A program made the translations under genes and the position numbers. A stretch of 64,000 nt of DNA from Ophelia neglecta (Eukaryota). Below the pieces are notes generated by a model, which did not search any database, was not told the origin of the DNA, and saw nothing but the letters and a program-made list of their open reading frames with translations. Below are positions 13,837 to 26,320 of this stretch, piece after piece. Numbering within the stretch: the stretch's first letter is position 1; each line of letters opens with the position of its first letter. The DNA is taken from contig OZ260667.1 of assembly GCA_965285935.1 (NCBI GenBank), positions 24,986,001-25,050,000 of the forward strand, in the 5' to 3' direction.

Positions 13837-13895
13837 TGTAAATACATTATCTCATGTTTGTACATAAAAGTTTAAATTACTGTTGTTGATGTGTC
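13837..13895 (+). terminator. Candidate distal 3' end of the K2P transcript
   Basis: Two TGTA motifs, variant signal CATAAA (13863-13868) and downstream GT-rich tgttgttgatgtgtcg. A canonical AATAAA also occurs at 11816-11821 and 12961-12966. Confidence 0.3.
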
Positions 13896-15479
13896 GTTAT
13901 TTATTGAACCTCAATCATATAATGAACATAATAATATAGACAAATATAGGCCTAAATAATAAGTGTCAAGACACGTGGACACTCCCCTGTATTAAATGAA
14001 TATCAAGGTCAAATTGTCTGATAAAATGACTGGGAGTTTGAAATGCCCGTGTGTCTCGAAGAAAGACAACAAAGTATCGTCAGATGAATTATATCCTGGA
14101 GGTCTTTAAGGGAGTTTTGAAGATATACCATTTAAAGCAGAAAATTATTTTACCACTGTTAAGGGCACATTTTTGGTATTAAATGATAGGCGAAAAACGC
14201 ACAAAACCGTCACCGTATGGGGTGGGAGGGGGAAGAGAAAGATTGTAAAGCAATCAAAAGAAGAATTACCAGAGAGGACATGTTTTAAACTTCTCAGTAA
14301 TTTAATCATTCTATTCTCACTTCAAATAACCTAAATCTTGGTTATAAAATACTTAACTATATGATATGATAATATCCTTTTTGTCTGTGGTTACTTATGT
14401 CGTTCTCATTAATTATTTTGGCTATATATGCTGTTATAAGAATCATATCATCATATACTTTAAAATATATGAATAAATTATAAGCAACCATTCTTCGTAA
14501 AGAGAAGGAGGCCGCTTATTTAATGGCCATATTCGTCGAGCCGTGTTGAAGATAAAATGACCGTTGGCATTAAGTTGTTTACATCATCATTAAACATATC
14601 TCTGCTTTTGACATTCCTTTATTTTTCATATATTATTTGACTTGTATGCCAATGATGCCAATTTCGAAACAAAACCAACTTATGACCACCTAGTATGCGC
14701 AAACTATTTGTATAATTATGACCATCTGAAGTTGTTTTTTCTTGAAGTTTTCTTTAAAGTATTAATACATTATATGTGACATCTCTTGCACACGGCAGAG
14801 GGCGTTACGTGTCAGATGAGTTAAACAACTTAAAAAAACTGATTGGGGAGATTCAATTTTAATAGATATAACCTGACTTCGTCATGTGCCTGCATTATGT
14901 TCAAATAAAAGTACGACATCGACTCAGCAGATCATGCCGGTTTTGTTAGATACCAATGGTGAAATGACTTTTAATTGCACGTGAAGACGCACAGAATCGT
15001 TAAAATAAACAACAAGCGAATTCGTAGGGTCGGCCTAGTAGTCATATTTGACAAGAGGCAAGAGGGGGCGGAGGGCTTCGAATGACAGGAAAGGCAATTT
15101 TCCTACGGAATCTTTGTTTGTTTAGCGAAGTACAGTTGTTAACTTTGATAATTTAGCAACAATATATAAGTACATCAGACCAGGACTGCAATCGACACGG
15201 AATATTTGCAACTGGAAAAGTAGGCGACTTCATTATAGTTTAGTCTTCATTTCACCAATGAACAAGTAATTATTTGACATCTTGAAATAGCATAATGAAT
15301 TGAACCTATTCATCAGAGGTGTATTAACGTTAGTTTAATAAAAACATATATACTAAATGAATGCCGTAAAACAAACCTCGGAGTCGCTTTGATTGAAACA
15401 AATTTGATTTACCAAATTTAAAATGGAATTAAAAGAGTGAAGAGTTGGTTTTTTTTTGACAAGAACAAGTGATCAGTAA

Positions 15480-16410
15480 GAATGAAACACAATAAGAGAC
15501 TATACTCGCAAATAAGACAAACAACATTATCATTACTCTCTCAGACAAAAGACCAAACTTACGATTGCTCTACCAGAAACAGCTAAACCAATAACGCTAC
15601 CAAAAAGGTAAGCCGTATTGTTACTCTCTCTAACATGCAACAAACCCTATCAAACCAAAAAAACCTAAAAACAGAATTGCCATAACTCTCATAGAAAGAA
15701 ATTAATAAACAATGCGATTACTACTCGCACGGAATAAACACAAATATAACAGTTACCTTCTCAGACAGAAAAACAAACCGAACACAACTCTCCCCGACAT
15801 GTAAAAAACATTCCATTATTCCCCGGAAAATCAACAAACGCAGCCATTATACATAGGCCTACTCTAGACAAACAAGCCCAACCAACTCTCCCGGACCTGT
15901 CAATAAACCCTACCATTACACTCCCATACAGACAACAAGCCCAACCTAGTCTACCGGACCTGTCAATAAACCCTACCATTATTTTTTCAAATGCTGTCAT
16001 TACTCTCACAGAAAACAAACAAAACTTAAAAAAAAAAGAAATTCAAGATGACAAACAACCGCGGCCAACTTTCTCCAAACATTCGACAAACTTTGCCATA
16101 AGTTTCTCACTGAACCAACAAACTCACCCTTTTCCCTTGAAATGTCAAGAGGCCCTATCATTACTTCCGTCAGACAGACAACCAACCCCAACATTACCGA
16201 CCAGACAGACAGAAAACTTGCCATTTAATCCATTCTCATAGGAAAAACAATAAACCAACTATTACTATTCCAGACAAACGGCAAACCCTACTTATAATCT
16301 CCCAAACGCACGACAAACCGACTATTTCTCTAGCAGATCTAGACAAACAATAAATCTACCACTGCTCTCACAGATAAAAAAACAACCCTTCAATTACTCA
16401 TCAGAACAAA
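15480..16410. repeat. Degenerate A/C-rich minisatellite
   Basis: Recurring attactctc..agaca/aa..caaaccc units of ~30-40 bp, including a close duplication (ccggacctgtcaataaaccctaccatta at ~15891 and ~15954). Confidence 0.75.
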
Positions 16411-19400
16411 TGTAAGACAAAGTTTTTAATGTTGCAGTCCACACTGGGATGAATTCAGCACATTAGGAGCCAGACATAAACAGTATAAAGATATATCATT
16501 AAATAAATGAACGCCACCAGTATAAAACATAAACAATATATATATATTTATAAAAACCTAAAAAGGCATTTTGAACAATTTAATAGTAATTGTTTTAAAG
16601 ACTATTCGTTTGATTCCCCCCTTCTGAGCTGTATCAAGCTGTCTCATTCAGAGCTAATCACGGAGTATTCCGGCCAGAACAGGATTTCAGAGAGACGCAG
16701 CAATTGATTCAGCAGTAAGATTTTAGAAACATTCCATTGAAGTCGAAATGAATAAGTGAAATAAAACGAATCGTTTGGCCAAAGTAAAGATAAAAGTTGT
16801 AATATCAATGCCTTTAATAAAGGCATGTTTTGTATCCACCATAACCAGGTGTGCTGTTATGACCAAACTACGTGATAAGTAAGTCCACTGGCCGACCATC
16901 ACACTATTTTATGACACATATGTTTCACACAAACAATCATAAGCGGTAAAATGCCTTTGTTTGCCTTGTTGTTGGAGTACTGCCCTGCCATGCATGCTCA
17001 AACTCGGTTAATACTCTCATGAAGTCTCGTAAAAGTCCCTTGATTTGATGAAATATTTAATCCGTTACATTTTCCTTTACAAACTTAAATGTTGTGATAC
17101 TGAAGGAAGTGAATGTAGTCGAAATGTAAGCTATTAAAATTGTTAAAACACGTCCTGTTACTGATAGTTTAATATAAATCCATGTCAATGTTAACAACCC
17201 CCCTGAGTCAATATTGAGTGGTTTGTTAAAATGCAACAATTTCTGTATGATAGAACTAAATCCTAGGAGCTTTAAGTAAGAGTGCGTTAAGTATGCATCT
17301 ATCGGAAGAAATCGTTTTCCAAGGGAGGTATGCCTATGAATTCTTCCGGGGAAATGGGGTTATTTGATGGAGAGAACAGCAGTTGTGGTCGGCCTAAGCG
17401 CATAATGCATATAAAATGACCAAAAGCTTCATTCAGTCGAGTTTGTCCGTCTTTCCTGCACGATTACAAAGCTGTAATCTCGCGCTCCACTCACGTCCCT
17501 GAACGAGAGCTGGACGCTCCAAGCATATTGATCACCTTGTTGGTCACCAAAGTAATTCTTCGGACAATTTCCGTCTAATTGCATCTTCTTTCCTACTGCG
17601 GCCTACCGTGGAAACTTAGATTAGTATAAACGATTGTACAGACATTATATATAAAGGAGAGTGGCTATACTACATGTAGTAGATGCATATTATAAACTGA
17701 CCAAGAAGACCAGCATATAATGGTAAGGTCACTGAATAGTGTAAGATGCATGCGGAAAAAGTCTCAACTTGTTTTGTTGCTTCTATTATATATATTATAT
17801 ATTTTAGCTGTGAGAAGAATATTTGTTGATTTCAGGAAAAACATCGATGCGTTAAACTTAATATGCAATAAAAGGAAGAAATTAACTGTAAAGACCTGGA
17901 CATGTTAACGGTCATCACGAAAACTTGCACAAAGAGTGTCTTATATGGGCGCCAAAGGGACAAGATTATTTATGTTTTTCATGAACGCCTAATGAGAACC
18001 GAATGTACTTACCGTTCGTCTACATGCACCTACATACGGCGGCGCAGTCAGTGCCGCCGTTTAGTCCTAGCGAGATTACCAGTACAACGTACAGTATTTC
18101 AATTCGGTCAGAAACCTCTATTTTCATATGGATGTTCCTTTTTAACTGAATCGACTATGACGAATCGATTGATAATTTGTCCAGCTTTGCGTGTAACCCA
18201 TCAATAGCTCAAGAAAATTAGCGTCGTGTTGGTAAGCGGGAAACTTTTGGCACTCGAATCAGGGAGCAGATAACTTGCAGTTTGGATACGAGGGCCGACA
18301 TTGAGCATTTAAACGCTGTGATAAAGCGTTGAGCTGCCGTCGAAGACATGTAATTTAACAAACGTGTCCTGAGATGGTTAATTTAGACAGAGTACATAAA
18401 GAAGAAAGTAAATTTCTTATGACGCTCGCAGCCGAGAGATGGATATATTATGAGGTATTTAGAGTCTCTCCCTTATGGCACATTTATAAAGAACCGCCTC
18501 GAGAGTACGTGTTATGAGACTATGAACAAGTGAAAATAGTTGTGAACCTAGATATTTAGCGCACTGAGAATATTTATTACTGCGTCAACACAGAGAAATG
18601 TTGGTTAAAGGCAAAGTGCACTGAAACTTCGCTTTTCGCATAAATGTCATATCGAGCTTACGGTCCCAACTAGAGGAAAATAACGAAGTGAGGCTAGCTT
18701 TCTGGCCATCTCAGAAACATTAATAAGTTACAAAACAAGTAAGATGTCTAAATATACTTTTATTCGATGAAGCTATTCTTTTTCTTCAATGTTGGTCAGC
18801 TAGTGCAAGATGCAGCCTTATCGCAAGCCTGGATAGATTATCTTTTTTTTATTATTAAAGTGGGTTTGTTTTCCTTATTAACCCCAAATATGGAAAATTA
18901 TAACCCATTTATATTGTAAAAAAGTCAACACAGGAGTCAATACGTGATCAATTTTTGAGTTGCAAAAAAGGAGCATACCCTTTTTAAGGAAACTTATTGA
19001 TACCTGTTATTCATTTAGGCCTAGTCTTCAAAGAAATTGGTTCAATATTGAGCATCGTATCTGCTGAGAAATTAATGGGTCGTGAGAAACTTACAGGAGA
19101 TTTGTGGAACTTTGGCAACTTTGTGATATGATGAACCATAAATTTTGTTATCTAACACTGTGGCGAGCATTATATTATATTAATTCTACTCACGATCCAG
19201 ATGCATCTTACAAATTTGAACCAGAACATGCGCATGAGAAAGAAATATTGCCGATTATACACAAATGATTATTAGTACGTCCAATCGTCTTAAGACGTCT
19301 GATAACAGCCGTTTGGTTTGTTATCAACTTGTTCTTCCCCCCAAAAAAGAATCATCAAAAAAGTTATACAAGTACATGTAGGCCTACAACGTCTTTGTCC

Positions 19401-22400
19401 AACAATCACCTACTATTGAACTTTCAAAGTTGTTTTAACCTTTGCGATCTAAATTAACAATTCAATGCTCACATAATTTACAGGTGCCATTTTAAGGGTG
19501 TCCACAACCACCATTTGAGGACAATGGATTCTAGTCCTATTAGTATGGACAACTTAAATCATTGTTCTTTTAGCATTTACCCACAATTCCTTGAGCGAGC
19601 AAATGCCGATTAATTTAATACCATGTCATTTAAATCCATAAAAGACATTTTAGCTCGGTTTCAACCTTTGACCTTTGAATATGTTCAGAAGATTTTGCCT
19701 GGATTTTAGCGTCCTTTCACAAGGAGTGATTAATTTATTCGACATAATTATTTTCTGAAGAAACAAGAATAACAAGAATTATTAAAATTCTAGTTTATTA
19801 CTTTTTAATACTTACTTAATACTTAAAACATGTTTTGGTAATCGCTCCGATAATTCACTTAGTTTGTGTTGACAATATTCATTATATTCTATATAAAGAT
19901 CAACTTTTCTTAAAATGTTAGGTAAGCAGTGTCTGTCGTTGAGGGAATTAGTTTGAATTATAAACAAGAGAACCGTCCTTCGCCTGTGCTATTCCTGAGC
20001 TCGTGGTCGAGCTCGTGGGAGGCCACAGGTGGGAATGTTCCAGGCGTTCATAGCCGGAGCCACACAAGCAATACGTTTTCTATGCCTATTTACAGCAAAC
20101 AATAACTACATCGGTTTTGTACAAGTCATGTGTTGGACAGACGTGAAAGACTTTTTTTTAATAAGAAAACACGGTATAGCTTCGAAGCTATAAAACATAC
20201 AATGTTTGTCTGGAATGTTCCTTATGTTAAAACAATAGCTAAAAACTGTCCAAATATCCTCATAAACACGGCACCAGGATCAGAAGTTCTTTTCGCGCAT
20301 TTGTTTTGTAACTTTGGCTAATTTTCGTTAAGCAGACGACAAGACTGCCATGACAGAAGTTATTTATTTGTTTCACCACACCTTCTTATGTCTGCAGCCG
20401 AAGACAGCTACACATTTAAAGAGACTATACTTTTCGCCCTAGCACATGTTCAGGGTTATGTCTCTACCGGAGATGTGTTGGATAATTACACGAAATAGTT
20501 ATCAAGTTTTTTCCTGTGCCTAGATTTCCACGGTTTGCAACCAATTATCTAAGGCGCCTTTGGATTCTAAATACCACAGTGTCTAACAGATTTTCTAGGG
20601 TTCAAGAAGTCAGGTTTCAGTCAAGTTTGATTAATTGGTTGCCACCCGATTACTTAAGACCTCACAGTTTCATTTGAACGCACTGATTCCTCGCTTGTAT
20701 TTCCAAAGTGACTGCGTTTCGTCTGTCAACTGTTTCAATCAACTACACAAATTTAGCTATTTTTGCAATTTTCTCTTTCAAAGCGGTATTAATCAGACCG
20801 AGTCTTATGTTTTTTTCCTCTCACAATTGATTCCTGATTATAACCTTGGCTCATCACATCCTGGTATAAATAAAATTGTAGTATTAACTAATTGAATAAA
20901 ACCTTCGGCAATACATTTACTGTCCGCGCGCGCAGTCAACGGCGTCAGTATACATATGTATTTTATCACACTAATTATTTCAATGTTTTTAGCAAATTTC
21001 CGAATAATTATCACCACATTATTCAATTAGCTACTGTTTTCGGCACGTTATCCGTGACAAAAATAGATTTCTCCGAGTCTACCATCCGCCGAGTTGATTT
21101 GAAGCAATAAACAACAAGTTCCAAGGATAAAATAGCACATTTACACACAAATGGAAAAAAACAAGCACTTTCAATGCCCTATCGATGGGAAGCAGCTGTC
21201 TGTACAGAAATGATATGAATGGCAACCAAATTTATCGCACGCTAATAAATTAAAGCATCAGAAAAAAAAGTGAGTTATGTTTTTGACGTTTCAATGATTC
21301 TTGAGGACTGCTGGATCCTAGGTTCCATGCGTTAGCTTATCTCTTATCTGTTTAGGGATTTATCGTTATGACGAGAAACACACTCGCTGCATGGATTGAC
21401 AGGAATTCAAGATAATATTCGTTAAAGATAACACCTTGTTTTTATCATATACTAAGATTTGTAATTGTTTTTCAAAATTTATTTAACGTCTTAAAGTGTG
21501 AAAAGAGGTTGTAATTATAACCACGTCCTTGTATTTTAATTAACCTTTCTCCTATTTGAATAAGCATTAACTGATTTTAAGCGTAGTAGAATTATTGTTT
21601 TTGGACATGACTGATGCATTGCCGAAACTTTTAAGGACAATAGTGAATTAACTTGTGAGACAACATCATTAGTTTATTTATTAATGATGGAATGTGCGTG
21701 TCTTCATCAGCGCTCAGTGCTGTGTTAGTCGTTGTAGACATTTTCTGTCGTCTGCTAAACGCTGCTAAGTAACTCCCCAAGTCTCGTGGCTGTTCACGTA
21801 CATGATGAGGTCACACCATGTCCACTTAACAGAGATAATGACATCAGCCCCGCAGTGCACCCTGGGGAGTCATATCTCATCTGTGAAACAATGAAGTTAA
21901 CAAATCGACAATTCTTCATTAATGAAGTCAACTCGAAATGGTAATAGTGGCTCTTGTTCTGTTTATTATCTAACAAAAACAAGTCATCTTCCGAAAAACC
22001 TCATACTTATTAAATAACGCAAATAGAAAATCCGGCAAATAAACAACAATACGTGTAGAATAAACCTAATTAATGTTTGATTTAGTCATTACATGTGGTG
22101 CATGGTGTTTGGGTTATTTTACATAAAGTGTAGACCAAATCCTAGATAGAAAAAGTGGCGAGGAAGCTATCCTTATCAAGCTGGGCCTCCTGACAATTGA
22201 ATTGTTATAGGCTTATATGATACATGAAAAACGTCACCTTGCAGGACACATGATAGAGAACAGCAATATCTGACACACGCCGCATTACTCTCTTTGTATT
22301 GTAACCATTTCTCATCAAGTTTCTATGCCTTTTTAATATTTTCATATTTAGTCGCTTAGAGTTGCCTTCACCTTTTACAACTCTTTTGTAACAACGCATT

Positions 22401-24951
22401 TTCAATACTTTTGTGACACGGATAATTTATTGCTGCTCACCAAAGTCAAGCTCTGTCTAATGTATTTTTATTATCTATATAGAGAGAGGTGCTCTCAAAA
22501 TAGCATTTGGCTAGATACAATTACGATGTGTACCATTCATCTCTTCATTAACTGGCATCGTATTAGGCCTACGTACGTAAGAAAAAACGAACAGTTACTA
22601 AAACACTTGTATGACGCAAGAAAAGCCATTTTAAGCAACAAGATGGCAGAGTATCGAATGTTCTAGTTTAATGCTTTTAAGGCGGCAGCAGCACAAACAG
22701 CAGGGGTCAAAACTGACGGCAGTTCACATTCTCTCACCTGAATAAAGTGGCTGCTTAAATCATAGTATGCACCAGTCTTCATTATTCCGGACCTGAATAT
22801 AAGTGTAAAGATTCCACTAGGGTGGACTTCCCCCCTGTCTAATGACATTTTTCAACCTGGATTTGTCAGAAGAACTATCGATTGTATTCAGAACAGACAT
22901 AGACCAATTTTAGGCTGTGTCGGTCTATTTGGTTATTGTGTTTATATGTGTATGTGAACTATAAACTTAAAGTCCATGGCCGCTAGGATTTAAAACCCCG
23001 AGCACTTATCTTGTAATTGGAAATGTAACATTCGCCATTTTTCATTTTATGGAAGGTCAGTAGTTCACCGTCTATCTGTTTTCAAAACTGTGGTTATCTA
23101 TGTAAGCTTGATACATACTTTAAAACAGATTTTGGGTCTAAACATAAAATATGCTGATTAAATAGGTTATTAAAAAGCAACTGCAAACTATATTTATCGC
23201 ATAATATTGTCAAAAATGAAATAAAAATACGCCACCATAGTGTATAGTCAATGTCAACAATGAATCCCAATCAAAGAAAATATTCAAATTCAAATAAGCT
23301 GTAGACAAACATGTCGTGTACAAAGACATTACTCTCAAATTGTTTTGCCTACAAATATTGCTCATCTATCAAAAGTCTATATAATACTCTAATAATGAAT
23401 TAGGGGCGATACAGACTAGCTGCTTTCAACTTTCTTCTTCCATTTCTTCTCTCAGCTCAATAAAGACACAGGAGATTGCCATTTTAAGTTATCACGTTAC
23501 CGGTGGCGTGTCCGAGAAGAGGGCGGGTAATTCATCAACCACCCAAACAACCATGTCGGGGAACACAGTGTGGATCGAATATCGCAAGATGACTGATGAC
23601 TGTACGGCGACTGAACCCTGAGACGGCTCTGACCTAGGAGATGGACGGAGCGGCCAGGTGGAGGGGGGGGGGGCAACGTGCAAAGGGATGTGTAGGACAG
23701 CAACAAAAACGTATGGACTAGCACATATTGTGCATGTTCTTTACATAAATTTTGTGATGAGGACCAAATTGGTAAGGGTTTAAAGCGTACAACGGGTGAG
23801 CGTACATGTAGATCTTTATCTGAAAAAGTTGTAATTCAATGGTGAAAGCCCGTAGCAGGTTTAGGTAGAAGCGTTCGTAATGACCGTTTGGTGTAGGGTT
23901 GGAACTGAAAACGCAGTACTCGCAAGCACTTACAAGCATAACTGGTAATCCAAACAGATGTTAAAGGACCGTTTATGGACATGTGCCATCCTGTACTTAA
24001 AAGATAATAGAGGACATCCGTCAAAATATGTGTTTGACATGCAATTAAATAACCTAACCCTTAATTCGGAGTCGAATGAATGTTTATCGTGTCATAGTTA
24101 TTAAAAGTAAGCGTGTAACCACCAGTACCTAGGCCTCTTTGAGCCACCGGTCGGTCATTTGTCTGACCGTCCCCGGAAGAGAGGAAGAGAGATATCCCGG
24201 GCCGTAAAAGGGAGTCCAGAACGCGGGTATGGATTATAGTGTCATGCCTTTTCTTGCGGTTGGCGTGTTCTTTTAAGTGAATCCCACAGAAGCCTGGGAG
24301 GCAAGTTGGGCATCTGCTTTCAGAATGACATCAGGGATTGCCAAGTTGAATGACACCATCAAATTGAAATGGCGGCCCAGTCGATTTCTTCGTTTTTCGG
24401 TTTTTTCTATGACGTGGTTTAAATGAACTTCCGGTTCGTGTAGACACTCGTTACTGAATATAAATAGCCTCGCACTTATGAAAACTATCATAAAAGAGGA
24501 TACCAATGGGTATAACATTAAGAATTATTTTAATTGACTGTATGAACCATGTTGACTGCTAGAAGCAGTAAGGCGTGGATGATGTAACCTCTACATATCT
24601 TGTACCCCGTATGTTGTCCCACAAAACAGTGCAAAACAAAATCAGCTATGTTCATTAACCTTTAAAAATACTGCGTAAAAAATAATCAAAATATCTCGAG
24701 AGCTCACAGTAGGTACTCATTATACGGCTTAATGCAACCCTCCTGAAGGACACCTCTGATATAACACCCTGTGTGTCAAGGGACCTCACACAAAACGAAT
24801 ATCTAAAAATTGCTAAGCCATCAATAACAGTCAGCATATATACTTAATAACTCTGCCGAAATGTTTCTGTGTGTGTGGCAAATGATAAGAGAAATTGATG
24901 TAGGTTTTCATTTTTTTTAGATGGCTGGAAAAATGAGCCCAAAGTCAGTTC

Positions 24952-25013
24952 GGTTGGAAAATCCGGCACTCGTTCTTATGACGTCATGACAACGAGTGCC
25001 GGATATTTTAACC
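24952..25013. repeat. Near-perfect 62-bp palindrome centred on TGACGTCA (probable foldback MITE core)
   Basis: ggttggaaaATCCGGCACTCGTTcttATGACGTCATgacAACGAGTGCCGGATattttaacc: 14-bp perfect arms plus a self-complementary centre. Confidence 0.8.
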
Positions 25014-25991
25014 AATTTCAATCTGAACTCTGATTTTTGCTGCCCATGTACACGGCGAGTAAATTTCAGATTACAGACTGACAAGCATGGTCCACTGTGT
25101 TGATGTTGCCCCCATCATAACAATAAACATCATGGTAAGCTTGTGATACGGTTGAATGGACGCCTAGACTAGTCCTGTACTCTCAGATATAAATAGGTCT
25201 CGGTATTCCAGAAGAACTCGCCTTCCTTGTATTCCAGTTTGTCGGACTAAAGTCGGTAGCCATGTTAGATTCTGCTACATTTGGAACCTAGCAGGTATAT
25301 GTGTCCATGTTGAATGAACAGAAATGACCGTGGTCAATCGGAACACTAGGGAGACTCAATGCCTACTGCACTCTGTTGGACCCTACCTAAGACGGCCAAA
25401 GCCGGCGTAGGAACACCAAATACGTATTTAGTGGATATGACATTTAGTGCCATATATCCTAATCATTGTCAAATCTGGATTGCTCTTCAAAAGATGCCAC
25501 AGTTTGCGTTCTTGAGGTCAGTCTTTTTTTTACCTTTGGCATAATTTCTACGTTCATTCCATGTGTCCTATTAACACGTGACTCTTGCTATTTCCTCATC
25601 TGGTTTCCATAATGAACGACCTTCGTGACCTTTCTACTATGTATCTAACCCCTGCAGTTATTTTTTATCTAATGTGTGGTTAAGTAGTAAATTGTGTCCG
25701 GGGCAGTATGATACAGTCACACAATACCTACAGAGCGTTTGCTACGCAATTCTTACATACACCCGGAGACCGCTAAGTCAAAGAATGTGCCGCTCCCTGC
25801 TATTGATTCTTCCCATATGTATAATTTAGTATTTAGTGGGCTTTTCTCGTACCCATTGTCTTCACATAAAGCAATAATTAAGGTGCTGATGAAAAAATGA
25901 TCATCACCCTAAAAACGATTGCTTTGTGCATAAAATTGATCACAAATGCATAGGATTCACGCCCCTGGATCACCTTTATGGAATACAGGAT

Positions 25992-26320
25992 TTAGGATCT
26001 TGAACTCCCATTTAATTGTATAAGAGTCACCATATTCAGGTCAGCCCCGCTAAGAGAACGAGTCTGAGGGAATCGTTGATAAGGAAGAGCAGATCCCCCG
26101 AGGAGACATGGTAATGTCTTTGATATGTTCATCTCACAAACTAGGGATTGGACATTGTTCCTGAGAAGTGGAGCAGTGGGTGGAATTAGGGTGAATTTAT
26201 CATGTTGCCGTGCCACCATGTAATAGACAGAAGGCTTATGTCCAGCTATATCTTGTCTTGTCGAACTCAAGTTGGAGTATTACAATCGCGAAGTGACTCC
26301 TGGTTGTATGATGACACGCT
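25992..26320 (-). mobile_element. Degraded C-terminal fragment of a CR1-group LINE ORF2
   Basis: Minus frame reads RL*YSNLSS...LLRNNVQSLV...LPCLLGG. This resembles the RLxxSxLN...LLxG pattern at the end of invertebrate CR1-type ORF2. Confidence 0.25.
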
